A stretch of DNA of 62,165 bases, counting the filler, from Deltaproteobacteria bacterium (lineage in GTDB: Bacteria > JAUYMQ01), in the NCBI GenBank assembly GCA_030698575.1. It is 13 parts of 13 records of this genome, joined end to end, with 100 filler letters (N's around TTAATTAATTAA, not from the genome) between each part and the next. Parts side by side here need not be neighbours in the genome. Positions count along the whole stretch, not along the records: positions 20,260 to 25,944 come from JAUYMQ010000194.1; positions 26,045 to 32,474 come from JAUYMQ010000200.1; positions 32,575 to 35,495 come from JAUYMQ010000215.1; 10 more parts are not named here. One strand, given 5' to 3'. Made by a program: the position numbers and the translations under genes. Below the pieces are notes generated by a model. That model did not search any database, had not been told where the DNA came from, and saw only the letters and a program-made list of their open reading frames with translations. Below, one piece after another: positions 22,808 to 33,947 of this stretch (positions are counted from its first letter, which is position 1; each line of letters starts with the position of its first letter).

Positions 22808-22969
22808 GTGGATTGGATTTTTCTGATCTCTGTAGGGTTCGTGGGCCTTGTCGGGCTCTACGTTGCGGTGTGGATCGCCACGCGCGCATTCTTCGACAAC
22901 AAGGCGGATTACAACAGACGGCTGCTCGAGCAGCTAGAGGAGAAGGCAGATGCTGAAGAAGAAAGGTAA
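22808..22969 (+). CDS. Small single-TM phage protein (53 aa; missing from the ORF track)
   Basis: GTG start, MDWIFLISVGFVGLVGLYVAVWIATRAFFDNK...; fills the intergenic gap. Confidence 0.55.
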   Translation: MDWIFLISVGFVGLVGLYVAVWIATRAFFDNKADYNRRLLEQLEEKADAEEER

Positions 22970-23882
22970 GGGCAAGCCCGGTTCCGGATTCAAGTATCAT
23001 CCGCGGACCGGAGATGATGTGAAGAAGCGCGCCGAGCAGAAGGGCGGGCAGTTCGATTCGATCATTCGCTCCGGCATCGACCGGTGGCGTCCGAAGGACG
23101 GCGAAAACATCATTCGCATCCTGCCACCGACCTGGGAAGACCACGACCACTACGGCCTGGACATCTGGGTGCACGCCTTCGTCGGGCCGGACCGGTCGAC
23201 CTACCTGTGCCCGCAGAAGATGAAGAACGAGCCGTGCCCGATCTGCAAGCTGGCGCGCGAGTCCAAGGCGTCCGGCGAAGACGACGAGGCCAAGCAGCTG
23301 CAGTCGCAGCGCCGGGTCGCGGTCTGGATCCTCGACCGGGACGACGAGAAGTCCACCCCGATGCTGTTCGATATGTCCTGGTCGATGGACCGGGATATCG
23401 CGGCCCTGTGCCACAACAAGCGCACCGGGAAGGTCCTGCTCATCGACCACCCGGACGAGGGGTACGACATCCTATTCACGCGTACCGGCAAGGGCCTGAA
23501 CACGCGCTACATTGGCATGGCGGTCGATCGCGAGTCGTCCCCCATCATGGGGGACGAGGGCGAGCAGGAGAAGATGCTCACGTATATCCAGGAGAACCCG
23601 ATCCCGGATGTGCTCAACTTCTACGACTCGGACTATCTCGATAAGATGATCAACGCGGAGGTGTCGGAGAAGGACGCGGAGCTCGATCCCGAGGAAGAAG
23701 AGGAAGTCGAGAGCCGTCACCCCAGGAAGAAGACGTCGTCGTCCAAGCGGGCCCGGGACGATAAGGAGCCCGAGGAGGAAGCCGAAGAAGAAGAAGTCGA
23801 GGAGGAGGAAGTCGAGGAAGAAGCTCCCCCTTCGCGATCCGCCGGCCGGTCCCGGTCGGTCGGGAGCAGAAACCGACGTTAG
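22950..23882 (+). CDS. T4 gp32-like single-stranded DNA-binding protein
   Basis: NIIRILPP, H...CP...CPIC Zn motif, DHPDEGYD....RTGKG..TRY, acidic tail. Confidence 0.7.
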   Translation: MLKKKGKGKPGSGFKYHPRTGDDVKKRAEQKGGQFDSIIRSGIDRWRPKDGENIIRILPPTWEDHDHYGLDIWVHAFVGPDRSTYLCPQKMKNEPCPICKLARESKASGEDDEAKQLQSQRRVAVWILDRDDEKSTPMLFDMSWSMDRDIAALCHNKRTGKVLLIDHPDEGYDILFTRTGKGLNTRYIGMAVDRESSPIMGDEGEQEKMLTYIQENPIPDVLNFYDSDYLDKMINAEVSEKDAELDPEEEEEVESRHPRKKTSSSKRARDDKEPEEEAEEEEVEEEEVEEEAPPSRSAGRSRSVGSRNRR

Positions 23883-23919
23883 TCGTTTTAGGCGGCGCTA
23901 ACCCGGGTGAAAGTACGCG

Positions 23920-24966
23920 GTGATGGTTGAGCGAACGCGGAGCCGGCGCGGAGCCGGCGGTCGGGTCGACGGCGGTGGAAATTATTTCGCCGCGCCGAAA
24001 GATGATATCGACTTCGTTCCGACCGGTTGCGTTCTGCTCGACCTGGCCCTGGGTGGGGGCTGGGCCGAGCGGAAGGTCTGCAACATCATCGGCGACTCTT
24101 CATCGGGTAAGACGCTCCTCGCGACCGAGGCGATGGCGAACTTCCTCCAGAAGTACCCGAAGGGCAAGGCCCGCTTCCGGGACGTCGAGGAGGCGTTTAT
24201 CCCCTCGTACGCGCGGACCCTGGGGGTCGACGTCGATAAGATCGACTTCGGCTCCGGGGACGCGCCTATACTGACCGTTGAGGACCTCTACGAGGATCTG
24301 GAGGCGGTCACCGCGAAGGCCCGCCGGCCTGAGTTTTACGTGGTCGACTCGCTCGACTCACTCTCCGATCGAGCCGAGCTGGCGCGCAAGTTCGACGAAC
24401 CGACGTTTGGGGGCAATAAGGCCAAGCAGATGTCGCAGCTGTTTCGCCGGATCACTAGCCTGGTCGAGAAGTCCAACGTTACGCTCATGTTCATCTCGCA
24501 GGTGCGCGCGGACATTGGCCCCTTCGCGTCGGCGCGGGGGACCAAACAGTCGGGCGGGTGGGCGGTCCGCTTCTACCGCAGTCAGGCCCTATACCTATCG
24601 ACCAAGGGGAAGATCTACAAGACCGTGCGGGGGCTCAAGAAGCCGCTGGGCATCAATGTTCGCGCCTACGTCGACAAGAACCGCGTCGGGCTGCCGTACC
24701 GAGAGGCCGAGTTTCCCATCCTGTTCGGGTACGGGATCGACGATGTGGCGGCCAGCCTCGACTGGCTCAAGAGCATCAAGCGCTTGGACGAGCTGGGCAT
24801 CAGTAACACCGTCGAGAAGGGGGAGCTGCTCAAGATCAAGAGGCAGTATACGCTGGCAGAGGGCGGGCCTGAGGTCCCCGCCGAGGAAATCACCGCCTTA
24901 GTCAAAAAAAACTGGTACGAGATCGAAGAGCAGATCCTGCCTACGCGGAGGAAGTATGGTGGGTGA
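23920..24966 (+). CDS. Phage RecA/UvsX-like recombinase
   Basis: TGCVLLDLALGGG, Walker A GDSSSGKT, VVDSLDSL, FISQVR, KNRVG.PYREAEF. Confidence 0.9.
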   Translation: MMVERTRSRRGAGGRVDGGGNYFAAPKDDIDFVPTGCVLLDLALGGGWAERKVCNIIGDSSSGKTLLATEAMANFLQKYPKGKARFRDVEEAFIPSYARTLGVDVDKIDFGSGDAPILTVEDLYEDLEAVTAKARRPEFYVVDSLDSLSDRAELARKFDEPTFGGNKAKQMSQLFRRITSLVEKSNVTLMFISQVRADIGPFASARGTKQSGGWAVRFYRSQALYLSTKGKIYKTVRGLKKPLGINVRAYVDKNRVGLPYREAEFPILFGYGIDDVAASLDWLKSIKRLDELGISNTVEKGELLKIKRQYTLAEGGPEVPAEEITALVKKNWYEIEEQILPTRRKYGG

Positions 24967-25408
24967 TGGGCGCCTACTAATTATGGCGTGCAGTAAACGT
25001 AAACGGAACCGCCCCATCCCCGCTGTGGATCTTTATGATGGTTCCGCGTATCGGGTGTTGAAGAAACGTAATGTCGGGTTCCACCGGGTTCCGGTGTTGG
25101 TCTTGTCGGCCAAACATGGTCTCATCAAGTCGACCCGGGTCATCGCGCCCTATGACCAGAAGATGGATGAAGACCGGGGGATGGAATTGTCCGCGAACTA
25201 TGCGATCGAGCGAGCTCATGCACTAGTGCGGGGGTTGTCAGGATGGCCGTTCAAAAAGGCTTTTTGTCACGGTGGGGCGCACTACCGGATGGTCGTGAAA
25301 AAATACGAGTCTGCCGGGGTGTTCGGCGGCGCTTCGGTCAGTTATTCGCATGGTGGTATGGGCGAGCAGTTGGCGCAGCTGCTTAGATTCTTGGAAGGTA
25401 CCGGGTGA
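24956..25408 (+). CDS. DUF6884/YaaA-like protein
   Basis: LLIMACSKRK...PAVDLYDG, VLSAKHGLI....IAPYDQKM, GGMGEQL. Confidence 0.7.
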   Translation: MVGDGRLLIMACSKRKRNRPIPAVDLYDGSAYRVLKKRNVGFHRVPVLVLSAKHGLIKSTRVIAPYDQKMDEDRGMELSANYAIERAHALVRGLSGWPFKKAFCHGGAHYRMVVKKYESAGVFGGASVSYSHGGMGEQLAQLLRFLEGTG

Positions 25409-25902
25409 ATCAAAAACCCCCGTCTTGGATCGTCGTGCGTGCGCGACCGCAGCTGCTCGCTCGCGCGATCATTAATATGGAGCGCCAGGGGTTCGAGTGC
25501 TACGCGCCGCACGCCATGATGCGTGGCGGCCGCGCGCGGCGCCTGCGGCGGTGCCCGCTGTTCATGGGGTATGTATTCGCGCGCCACCCGGAAGCTCGCT
25601 GGGTGTCGCTGCGGGGGACGTTCGGGGTGCTGGGGGTCATCATGGGAACGGGCGAGCGGCCGGCGCCTCTACCGCACGCTGAGATCGAGCGCCTGAGGGC
25701 GCGCGAGGGGCGGGACGGGCTAATCAAGCTCCAGGAGTGCGAGTTCGAGCAGGGTGAGAGGGTGCACCTGGAGCGAGGTGTAGTAAGTTTGGACGCCATC
25801 GTGGATGGGATGTCGGGGCCCGACCGGGTATTCGTGCTGATGCAGGTGCTCGGGCGCTGGACCCGGGCCGAGGTCTCGGTGGGGAACCTGAGCCGTGGGT
25901 AG
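25405..25902 (+). CDS. NusG/RfaH-family antiterminator
   Basis: WIVV....Q, QGFECYAP, PLFMGYVF, TFGV NGN domain; KOW-like C-terminus. Confidence 0.8.
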   Translation: MNQKPPSWIVVRARPQLLARAIINMERQGFECYAPHAMMRGGRARRLRRCPLFMGYVFARHPEARWVSLRGTFGVLGVIMGTGERPAPLPHAEIERLRAREGRDGLIKLQECEFEQGERVHLERGVVSLDAIVDGMSGPDRVFVLMQVLGRWTRAEVSVGNLSRG

Positions 25903-26044
25903 GGACCGCCCCAGGTCGCGGCGGGCCGGTGCCGGCGTCGACCCNNNNNNNNNNNNNNNNNNNNNNNNNNNNNNNNNNNNNNNNNNNNTTAATTAATTAA
26001 NNNNNNNNNNNNNNNNNNNNNNNNNNNNNNNNNNNNNNNNNNNN

Positions 26045-27623
26045 CTTCCTTCAGGGTCCGTCCCCCGATGCTCATTTTTCGGGTAACGTAGTCGATCTCG
26101 AGCCCCCCGCAGGCCGTGACGCAAACCTTTCCCATCTGCCTCGCCACGAGCGCGGCGTGGCTCGTCATCCCCCCGCGCTGGGTCAGAATGCCTGCGGCGG
26201 CGTTCATGCCGCGAATGTCTTCCGGGCTCGTCTCGATCCGGGCGAGCACCACGGTCTCGCCCCGCGTCGCCCAGGCCTCGGCGTCCTCGGCGTTGAAAAC
26301 CAGCCGCCCGGTGGCCGCGCCGGGCCCGGCAGGCAACCCCTTGCCGAGGGCGCGCCCTTCGCTTTCGGCCCGTGCGAGCTCCTGCGGGTCGAACACCGGC
26401 CTCAGGAACTGATCGAGATGGGAAGCATCCACCCGTCGAAGGGCCTCCTCACGGCTGATCAGCCCCTCTCGCACCATCTCGACGGCGATCCGCACCGCCG
26501 CCCTGCCCGTGCGTTTGCCCGTCCGGCACTGGAGCATCCAGAGCTTGTCCCGCTGTATCGTGAACTCGATGTCCTGCATGTCGCGGTAGTGACGCTCCAG
26601 GATTCTCTGTATCCGGACCAGATCGCGGTACTGGGCGGGCATGGCGTCGGCAAGGCGCTTGATCGGGAGCGGCGTGCGAATGCCGGCGACCACGTCCTCA
26701 CCCTGCGCGTTCAGCAGGTACTCGCCGTAGAACTTCTTCTCACCAGTGGCAGGATCACGCGTGAAGGCGACGCCGGTCCCGGAGTCGTCGCCGAGGTTCC
26801 CGAAGACCATCGCCTGGATGTTGACCGCCGTGCCCCAGTCGTCGGGTATCTGGTTGAGCTTCCGGTAGGCGATGGCGCGAGGATTGTTCCATGAGCCGAA
26901 GACCGCGCTGATGGCGGCCCAGAGCTGCGCCATGGGATCCTCGGGGAACGCCTTTCCCGTGCGGCGGAAGATGAAGTCCTTGTAGAGATCCACCAGCCTC
27001 CGGAGATCACTCGTCGTGAATTCACTGTCCTGACGGATCTTCCGCTTGCGCTTCACATCGTCGAGGATGACCTCGAAGGGATCCTTATGATCCTTCGTTT
27101 CCGGCTTGAGGCCCAGCACGACGTCGCCGTACATCTGCACGAAGCGGCGGTAGCAGTCCCAGGCAAAGCGCTCGTCCTGGGTCTGCGAGACGAGCCCCTT
27201 CACTGTCTGATCCGTGAGCCCGAGATTGAGCACCGTGTCCATCATGCCGGGCATGCTCGTCCGCGCGCCTGAGCGAACCGAGAGCAGCAGCGGGTTGTTC
27301 AGGGAGCCGAAGCCGGCGCTCATGATCTTCTCGACGCGGGATAGCGCTTTCTCGACCTGGCCGCGGAGTTCCTTCGGGTAGGTGTGGCGGTGCTCGTAGT
27401 AGTAGCTGCAGATCGTGGTTGGGAGGGTGAAGCCGGCGGGTACGGGAAGGCCGAGGCGGACCATCTCGGCCAGGTTCGCGCCTTTGCCACCGAGAAGATC
27501 GCGAAGCTTCGCGCTCCCCTCGGCTTTTCCGCCTCCGAAGAAGTAGACGAATTTGTCCCCGTGGGCGGACTTACTGGAGGCTGTCTTGCGCGGCTTGCCG
27601 CGCGCGGGCTTCTTCGGGGCCAA
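26045..27623 (-). CDS. ppdK: Pyruvate, phosphate dikinase (N-terminal part; cut by the contig end)
   Basis: [28 protein letters not shown], phospho-His motif GGMTSHAA. Confidence 0.95.
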
Positions 27624-27639
27624 GTACGGTTCCTCCTGC

Positions 27640-29790
27640 TCAGCTCTGGCTGTCTTGCTCGATCACGATCTTGGAAAAGTCGGCGATCTCGTAGAAGATA
27701 TCCGCAATTGCCTCGAGCAACCTGAGCCGCCGCGAACGCAGCCCCGGGTTGTCGGCGTCCATCACACGGATGGTCTCGAAGAATCGATCGACGGGCGCCT
27801 TCAGCTTGCGCAACTCGGCGAAAAGCGCCTTGTACTGGCGGTCCCCGGCGAGCGCCTGGGCGCGGCTCCTCACCTCCTTGAACGCGTCGAGAAGGCGGAC
27901 CTCGGACGGCTCTTTCAGATCCTCCAGATCAGCCAGATCACCGCGCCCCCCGAGTTGATCGCCCGGGGGGAGAATGTTGACCACGCGCCGGAAGGTGGTC
28001 GCCAGCGCGATGAAATCGTCCTCGCGCTTCGCTTCGCTCACAACCGCCACGCGGGCGGAGAGGCCCGCCACGTCCCAGGAGAAGCCTGCGTCGCCTCCGG
28101 GGACGTAAGCGACGCGCTTGCGGTCGAGCCGGGCCGAGAGAACCGCCTCGACGGCATCGTGCGCGTGTCCTTCCGATACGAAATGGTGCTGCAGGCGCCC
28201 CCGAAAGAACTCCAGGATTTGATCCGAAACGCCCGAACTATCCGTCTCGCCGTGCAGGCTGCAGGCCTTCTCCACGGCCCAGTCGAGCGGCAGCCGCCAG
28301 GCGGGTCGCGCCTGCAGGATTGCGATTATACCCAGTGCGGCCCGCCGGAGGGCATAGGGATCCTGGGTCGCCGTGGGAATGAGCTTCGCGTGCCAGCAGC
28401 CCGCCAGCGAATCGAACCTGTCGGCGAGGGCGAGCAGGGCCCCGGCCGGCGAGGTCGGAAGCGGCGCGCCTGCGTGGCGGGGGCGATAGTGCTCCTCGAT
28501 TGCAAGGGAAACCTCCGTTGGCTCCCCATCGAGGCGCGCGTACTCACGCCCCATGACCCCCTGGAGATCCGGAAACTCGCCCACCATCAGAGTCACCAGG
28601 TCGGCCTTGCAGAGCCGCGCGGCGCGTCCCGCCGCCTCGCTGACCTCCCGAGACTCCCCGAGGGCCTCTGCGAGCTGCGCCACCAGCTGCCCGAGCCGTT
28701 CGACCTTCTCGAGCAAGGACCCGATCTTCTGGTGGAGGAGCACGTCCTGGAGCGCCGGCACCCGCGCCTCGAGACGGGTCTTCCGATCCTCGTCAAAGAA
28801 AAAGCGTGCGTCGGCCAGGCGCGCGCGCAGCACCCGTTCGTTGCCCCGCGTGACGGTTTCATGGTGCTTCGGCGGCACATTGAGCACCGAGATGAAGTAC
28901 GGAAGGAGCTTTCCCCTGGCGTCCTCGACCGAGAAATAGAACTGATGCTCGCGCATGGCGTTCACGAGCACCTCGCGGGGCAGCTCGAGATAGGCCGGGT
29001 CGAATTCGCCGCGCACGGTCGTCGGAAGCTCGACGAGATGGGTGACCCGATCGAGGAGCGCGGGATCGTGCACGGCAACGCCGTCCACCGTCGCGGCCCA
29101 GGCATGCACCTCGCTCTCGATCCGGGCGCGGCGATCAGCCTGATCGACGATCACGTTGTGCATGGCGAGCGCGTCCACATAGTCATCGGCCGTCCCGATG
29201 CGCACGGGCCCCGGATGGACAAAGCGATGCCCCCTGCTGTGATTGTCGCTCTCGATGCCGCCGACGCTGAAATGAACGACGTCGCGGCCGAGCATGGCAA
29301 CGATCCAGTGAAGCGGCCGCACGAAGCGGAAATCGCCCTCGCCCCAGCGCATCGTTTTCGGGAAGGTGAGCGCCGCGACGGTCCTGGGAAGCATCTCCGA
29401 GAGCAGGGCGAGGGTCGGCGCACCACCCGTTTTCTTCCGCACCACCACGTAGTCGCCCTTCTCGGTGCGTTCCGTCTCGAGCGCCGACGGGTCGACGCCG
29501 TGCTTGCGCGCGAAGCCCTGGGCCGCCTTGGTCGGCGCGCCGTCGGGGGCGAAGGCGGCCTTTGCCGACGGGCCGAGGACCATCTCGATCCCCTCGGGCT
29601 GGCGTTCAGGAAGCCCTTCCGCCAGCGCAGCCAGGCGCCGGGGCGTGCCGAGCGTGCGGATGAGGCGCGGGGCCATCCCCGCCGCCGTGAGCTGCTCCGT
29701 CAAAATCGACCGGAGATCCTCGAGGGCTTTTGGGAGAAAGCGCGCCGGGATCTCCTCGGTTCCCAGTTCGAACAGGAGGGTGCGGCTCAT
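27640..29790 (-). CDS. glyS: Glycine--tRNA ligase beta subunit
   Basis: [19 protein letters not shown]...[21 protein letters not shown]. Confidence 0.95.
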   Translation of the reverse strand: MSRTLLFELGTEEIPARFLPKALEDLRSILTEQLTAAGMAPRLIRTLGTPRRLAALAEGLPERQPEGIEMVLGPSAKAAFAPDGAPTKAAQGFARKHGVDPSALETERTEKGDYVVVRKKTGGAPTLALLSEMLPRTVAALTFPKTMRWGEGDFRFVRPLHWIVAMLGRDVVHFSVGGIESDNHSRGHRFVHPGPVRIGTADDYVDALAMHNVIVDQADRRARIESEVHAWAATVDGVAVHDPALLDRVTHLVELPTTVRGEFDPAYLELPREVLVNAMREHQFYFSVEDARGKLLPYFISVLNVPPKHHETVTRGNERVLRARLADARFFFDEDRKTRLEARVPALQDVLLHQKIGSLLEKVERLGQLVAQLAEALGESREVSEAAGRAARLCKADLVTLMVGEFPDLQGVMGREYARLDGEPTEVSLAIEEHYRPRHAGAPLPTSPAGALLALADRFDSLAGCWHAKLIPTATQDPYALRRAALGIIAILQARPAWRLPLDWAVEKACSLHGETDSSGVSDQILEFFRGRLQHHFVSEGHAHDAVEAVLSARLDRKRVAYVPGGDAGFSWDVAGLSARVAVVSEAKREDDFIALATTFRRVVNILPPGDQLGGRGDLADLEDLKEPSEVRLLDAFKEVRSRAQALAGDRQYKALFAELRKLKAPVDRFFETIRVMDADNPGLRSRRLRLLEAIADIFYEIADFSKIVIEQDSQS

Positions 29791-30689
29791 GCCGTTCCAT
29801 CCGCGCCCGTGGCGTCCGTCGCGCCTTCTTCAGCGCCGGCCTCGCCGGGCTCCAGCGCCCCGAGGTAGTCGCGGGCGCACCGGCTCGCCAGCGCGCGCAC
29901 CCGCGCGATCGTTCCCGTCCTCTGGGTGACCGAGATCGCGCCGCGGGCGTCGAGCAGGTTGAAGGTGTGGGAGCACTTCAGGCAGTAGTCGTAGGCCGGG
30001 CGCACGAGCCCCGCCTCGAGCTGCGCGCGGCACTCTTTCTCGTAGGCGTCGAAGAGAGAGAAGAGCATCGGCACGTCGGCCGTCTCGAAGTTGTACTTTG
30101 ATCCCTCTCGCTCCGTCACCAGATGCACGTCGCCATAGCTGACCCCGTCTGTCCATTCGAGATCATAGACGTTCTCGACTTCCTGGAGATACATCGCGAT
30201 GCGCTCCAGGCCGTATGTCAGCTCCACCGACACCGGAGAGAGATCGATGCCGCCCACCTGCTGGAAATAGGTGAACTGCGTGATCTCCATGCCGTCGAGC
30301 CAAACCTCCCAGCCGAGTCCCCAGGCCCCCAGCGTCGGGCTCTCCCAGTCATCCTCGACGAAGCGGATGTCGTGTACGAGCGGATCCACGCCGAGATGGC
30401 GCAGGCTCTCCAGATAGACGTCCTGCACGTCCGCGGGAGAGGGCTTCAGGATGACCTGGTACTGGTAGTAGTGCTGCAGCCGGTTCGGATTTTCACCGTA
30501 GCGGCCGTCCGTGGGGCGGCGCGAGGGCTGCACGTAGGCGGCGCGCCAGGGCTTCGAGCCGAGCACGCCGAGAAAGGTCGCCGGATGAAATGTGCCCGCG
30601 CCCACCTCCACGTCGTAGGGCTGGAGGATCACGCAGTTCCGCTCTGCCCAGAACTGCTGCAGGGCAAGGACCAGTGCCTGAAACGTCAT
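29787..30689 (-). CDS. glyQ: Glycine--tRNA ligase alpha subunit
   Basis: [39 protein letters not shown]. Confidence 0.97.
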   Translation of the reverse strand: MTFQALVLALQQFWAERNCVILQPYDVEVGAGTFHPATFLGVLGSKPWRAAYVQPSRRPTDGRYGENPNRLQHYYQYQVILKPSPADVQDVYLESLRHLGVDPLVHDIRFVEDDWESPTLGAWGLGWEVWLDGMEITQFTYFQQVGGIDLSPVSVELTYGLERIAMYLQEVENVYDLEWTDGVSYGDVHLVTEREGSKYNFETADVPMLFSLFDAYEKECRAQLEAGLVRPAYDYCLKCSHTFNLLDARGAISVTQRTGTIARVRALASRCARDYLGALEPGEAGAEEGATDATGADGTA

Positions 30690-30889
30690 CGGGAACTCGG
30701 CTGGAGAGTGATGAAACGGGGCAACCGGGCGACAGGCTGGTACAGGCCGGGCCGGGTACCCGAGCGGCCGCCCCCGACGGCCGAAAAGCGATGTATCTTA
30801 GCGAGGATAGGCCACTTTTGTCAAGCACTGCGGGGATCGGCGATCGGGACCGGCCTCCCGCCCTGAAACAGTGCGCGGGACCGCCGGCG

Positions 30890-31669
30890 TCAGGGCGATA
30901 CGGTCCGGGCCAGGGCTTCCATAAAGCGGAGCGAGCGCAGCTCCCGCCCAAGCTGCGCCTGGGCGAAGGGATGGATGAGGAGGGCCGCCTCCCGCGCCGT
31001 CCGGGGCGACCAGGTGAAGCGCGGAAGCAGATCGATGTCGGCGCGGATCCCCTGGGCGAGCAGCCGGAGCGTGTCGCGCCCCACGGGGAGGAGGTTCCGC
31101 TCGCCCGATGCGCAGGCGTCGCAAAGCACACCGCCCCTGGCTATCGAGAAGACCGGATGGAGGATGTCATCGAGCGGCTTCCGGCAACCGACGCAGGCGG
31201 CGAGCCCGGGCTCGAACCCCAGGAGCGAGAGGAGGCGGGTTTCGAGCAGGCGGCTCACCCCGGGGCCCTTCCGTTCCCATTCATTCAGTCCGTCGATGAG
31301 CGTCAGGCCGCGGACGAGGGCGTCGAAGAGCGGGCGGTGGGGCTCGTGCTCGCCCGTGGCGAAGGCGACGATCTCGAGGAGCAGCGACGCCTCGCTGAGC
31401 TTCTCGAGGTCGCCGCGAATGCCGGCGAACTGCTGCTTCAGGGTGGCCGTCTCGACGCGGACGAGATCGGAGGTCTTCTTCTCGAAGAAGCGGAGATCGA
31501 CGTGAGCGGGAAATTCGAGCGAACCGATGAACCGGCGCAGGCTGCGCTTGGCGCCCTTCGCCACGCCGCGCACCCGGCCGAACTCCCGCGTGAAAAAATG
31601 CACGATGCGATCCGACTCGCCGAAGTCGGTCGTCTTGATGACGATAGCTGCCGTCCGTTCGTGGCCCAT
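30890..31669 (-). CDS. recO: DNA repair protein RecO
   Basis: GESDRIV.FFTREFG...VAKGAKRS, C4 Zn finger; upstream of glyQ. Confidence 0.93.
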   Translation of the reverse strand: MGHERTAAIVIKTTDFGESDRIVHFFTREFGRVRGVAKGAKRSLRRFIGSLEFPAHVDLRFFEKKTSDLVRVETATLKQQFAGIRGDLEKLSEASLLLEIVAFATGEHEPHRPLFDALVRGLTLIDGLNEWERKGPGVSRLLETRLLSLLGFEPGLAACVGCRKPLDDILHPVFSIARGGVLCDACASGERNLLPVGRDTLRLLAQGIRADIDLLPRFTWSPRTAREAALLIHPFAQAQLGRELRSLRFMEALARTVSP

Positions 31670-31693
31670 GGCGGGCAGGATACCACGGCGCTG

Positions 31694-31746
31694 CGAGACC
31701 GGGGTCCGAGACCGGGGTCAGGCGTGACTTATTGACTTGTTGACTT
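31694..31746 (+). repeat. Short tandem repeats at the edge of a lower-GC segment
   Basis: CGAGACCGGGGTC twice (31694-31719), then TGACTT three times at 8-bp spacing. Confidence 0.5.
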
Positions 31747-31878
31747 CTGTGAGGTACCCGTGGGCAGGTTGTCAGGCGCTCCATGATCTGGAAGTTCATG
31801 AGGACTGACTGGGGGCCCGGCTGGAGAAAGAGGTGGAGAAGTTGCTGGCGACGGGGTGAGTGAAGCACGAGGTCAGGA

Positions 31879-32292
31879 TCACTGCTCGGGTTCGTCTTCC
31901 GCACTGGATGAATTGAAGTATTCCACCAGGTCCTCCACGTAGGCCTTCACGATCGGCCCAATCGCCTCGCTGTAGGCCCGGTGCTCCATATCGTCCCACG
32001 CGGAGCCGCCCAGATAATCATCGTACTCTGCCTCGCCCGTTCCGAAATAGCTTCGATCCCAGAGGGCGCGCTTGCCCTCTCGGAGCCCGCAGATCCACTC
32101 CACATCCATCCGCGTGACCAGCTTGTGAAGGTAGAAAAGGATCAAATGTCTACCACCCTTGAGTTCGGAGACCTTATTGCGCCTCAATCGGCACCACCCG
32201 ATCAATACTTTCTTATCACGTGGCTCGTCTTCGAGAACCTGAAAACCTGCTTGCCGGCACTCGGCCTTCAAATATTCAGTAATTCCCACCAC
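31879..32292 (-). CDS. Hypothetical protein in a lower-GC insert
   Basis: 137-aa ORF with an acidic C-terminus; no family recognised. Confidence 0.45.
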   Translation of the reverse strand: MVGITEYLKAECRQAGFQVLEDEPRDKKVLIGWCRLRRNKVSELKGGRHLILFYLHKLVTRMDVEWICGLREGKRALWDRSYFGTGEAEYDDYLGGSAWDDMEHRAYSEAIGPIVKAYVEDLVEYFNSSSAEDEPEQ

Positions 32293-32574
32293 CCCTTTGG
32301 TTTTCCCGTTCCAGCCCGTGTAACGCGGGAGGGGGGTTGAGGTGCCAATAGGCCGGACCTGAGTCCTCGTATCCGCTATAAATCCGCTCTACAAATAACC
32401 TCGCGTTCCCCCTCTTGGCGTACGTGTGGTACTCCGGATTGAGAGCAAAGGTGTAGGGCGTATAAACCTGGCACNNNNNNNNNNNNNNNNNNNNNNNNNN
32501 NNNNNNNNNNNNNNNNNNTTAATTAATTAANNNNNNNNNNNNNNNNNNNNNNNNNNNNNNNNNNNNNNNNNNNN

Positions 32575-33213
32575 AAATCGATGAACAAGAACGCCGACAT
32601 GCTGATCCTGGGCTACTTCGCGCCGCCCGAGGCCGCGGGCTTCTACCGCATCGCGATGAGCTTCTCGAATCTCCTGGGCGTGCTCGCGGCGCCGATCGGC
32701 TACGTGGTCTTCCCCACGATGTCGCGCATGCACGCCATGGGCGACCCGGCGCAGCTGCGCCGGCTGGTGCGCCGCATCACGGCGGCCATGATCGCCTACT
32801 CGGTTCCCGCGGCACTGCTGATGGGCGTTTTCGCGGGGTCCATTCTTGCCTTCACGGTGAAGTCGGACTTTCTTCCGGCGCTGCCCGCCTGCTACGTGCT
32901 GCTGGCCGCCTTCGTCGTGGCGAACGTGACCATCTGGACGCGCCCGACCTCGCTCGCCATCGGCCGCCCCGAGATCACCACCTGGGCGAACGCGCTGCAG
33001 GCGGTGGTGATGGTGGCGTCGGGGATCGTGCTGGTGCCGCGCATGCAGGCGGCGGGATCGGCCTGGGCCTATCTGGCGGGAACGCTTGCGGCCAACCTGA
33101 TGGTGGTGTGGATGATCAACCGGGCGCTGCCGCTCCTGGGCGCCGCGCCGGCGGCGCAGGCGCCCGGCTCGCCACGCGCGCCGGGTGCGCCAAGTGGGGA
33201 GGACACGCCTTGA
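32575..33213 (+). CDS. Polysaccharide flippase (Wzx/MATE-like), C-terminal part
   Basis: DMLILGYF.....GFYRIA, VFPTMSR, multiple TM helices. Confidence 0.8.
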   Translation, partial: KSMNKNADMLILGYFAPPEAAGFYRIAMSFSNLLGVLAAPIGYVVFPTMSRMHAMGDPAQLRRLVRRITAAMIAYSVPAALLMGVFAGSILAFTVKSDFLPALPACYVLLAAFVVANVTIWTRPTSLAIGRPEITTWANALQAVVMVASGIVLVPRMQAAGSAWAYLAGTLAANLMVVWMINRALPLLGAAPAAQAPGSPRAPGAPSGEDTP

Positions 33214-33947
33214 GCCTCGACCCCCGCGAGGAGCGGCGCCAGGTCATCGCGATTGCGCGCACGTCGGGCAACCTGAAGCTCCGGCACATCGCGCATCATG
33301 CGAGCGTGCGCAACTACCAGCGCATTGCTACCGAGATCGCGGCGGCGCTTCCGGCCGGCGCGCGCGTGCTCGACTGGGGTGCCGGCAAGGGGCACCTCAC
33401 CTGGCTCATGGCGAACCGCGGGCTCGACGTCACGGGCTACAAGGTGCGCGAGGGGGCCTCGCGGAACATTCCCTTTCCGGTGAAGATCGTCTTTTCGAAC
33501 CAGCCCGAGCGGCTGCCGTTCGAAGACGCGACCTTCGACGGCGCGGTTTCCTGCGGCGTGCTCGAGCACGTGCCCGACCCCGGCGCGAGCCTCGACGAGC
33601 TGGTGCGCGTGCTGAAGCCGGGCGGGCGCCTGTTCATCTACTTCCTGCCGAACCGCTGGAGCTACACCGAGAAGCTGAACGACTGGCGCGGGGCGAGCGA
33701 TCATCCGGTGAAGTACACGCCGCGCAGCCTGGCTGCGCTTTTGTCGGACCACGGCTTCGCGCTCGATCGGGTGGCGCGGAGCAACTTCCTGCCGCAGACG
33801 CTCCCGGGCGGCAGCGTCGCGCTTCAGCGCATCTGGGATTTCATGGGGCCGGCGTGGTACGCGATCGATCGGGTGGGCAGCCGGACGCCCGGGCTGCGCG
33901 TGGTGTGCGGCGTGCTTGAAGGTGCTGCGGTCAGGCGAGATACTTGA
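33210..33947 (+). CDS. Class I SAM-dependent methyltransferase
   Basis: VLDWGAGKG, LPFEDATFD, VLEHVPDP, RVLKPGG. Confidence 0.9.
   Translation: MSLDPREERRQVIAIARTSGNLKLRHIAHHASVRNYQRIATEIAAALPAGARVLDWGAGKGHLTWLMANRGLDVTGYKVREGASRNIPFPVKIVFSNQPERLPFEDATFDGAVSCGVLEHVPDPGASLDELVRVLKPGGRLFIYFLPNRWSYTEKLNDWRGASDHPVKYTPRSLAALLSDHGFALDRVARSNFLPQTLPGGSVALQRIWDFMGPAWYAIDRVGSRTPGLRVVCGVLEGAAVRRDT

Noticed and set aside
23690-23830. GAG/GAA-rich repeat tract
   Set aside because: Encodes the ordinary acidic tail of the SSB
17463-25944. Treating the two phage contigs as one prophage
   Set aside because: They are separated by a spacer and nothing in the sequence links them
26045-31669. recO-glyQ-glyS-ppdK as a novel association
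   Set aside because: A known conserved housekeeping gene order; useful only for taxonomy
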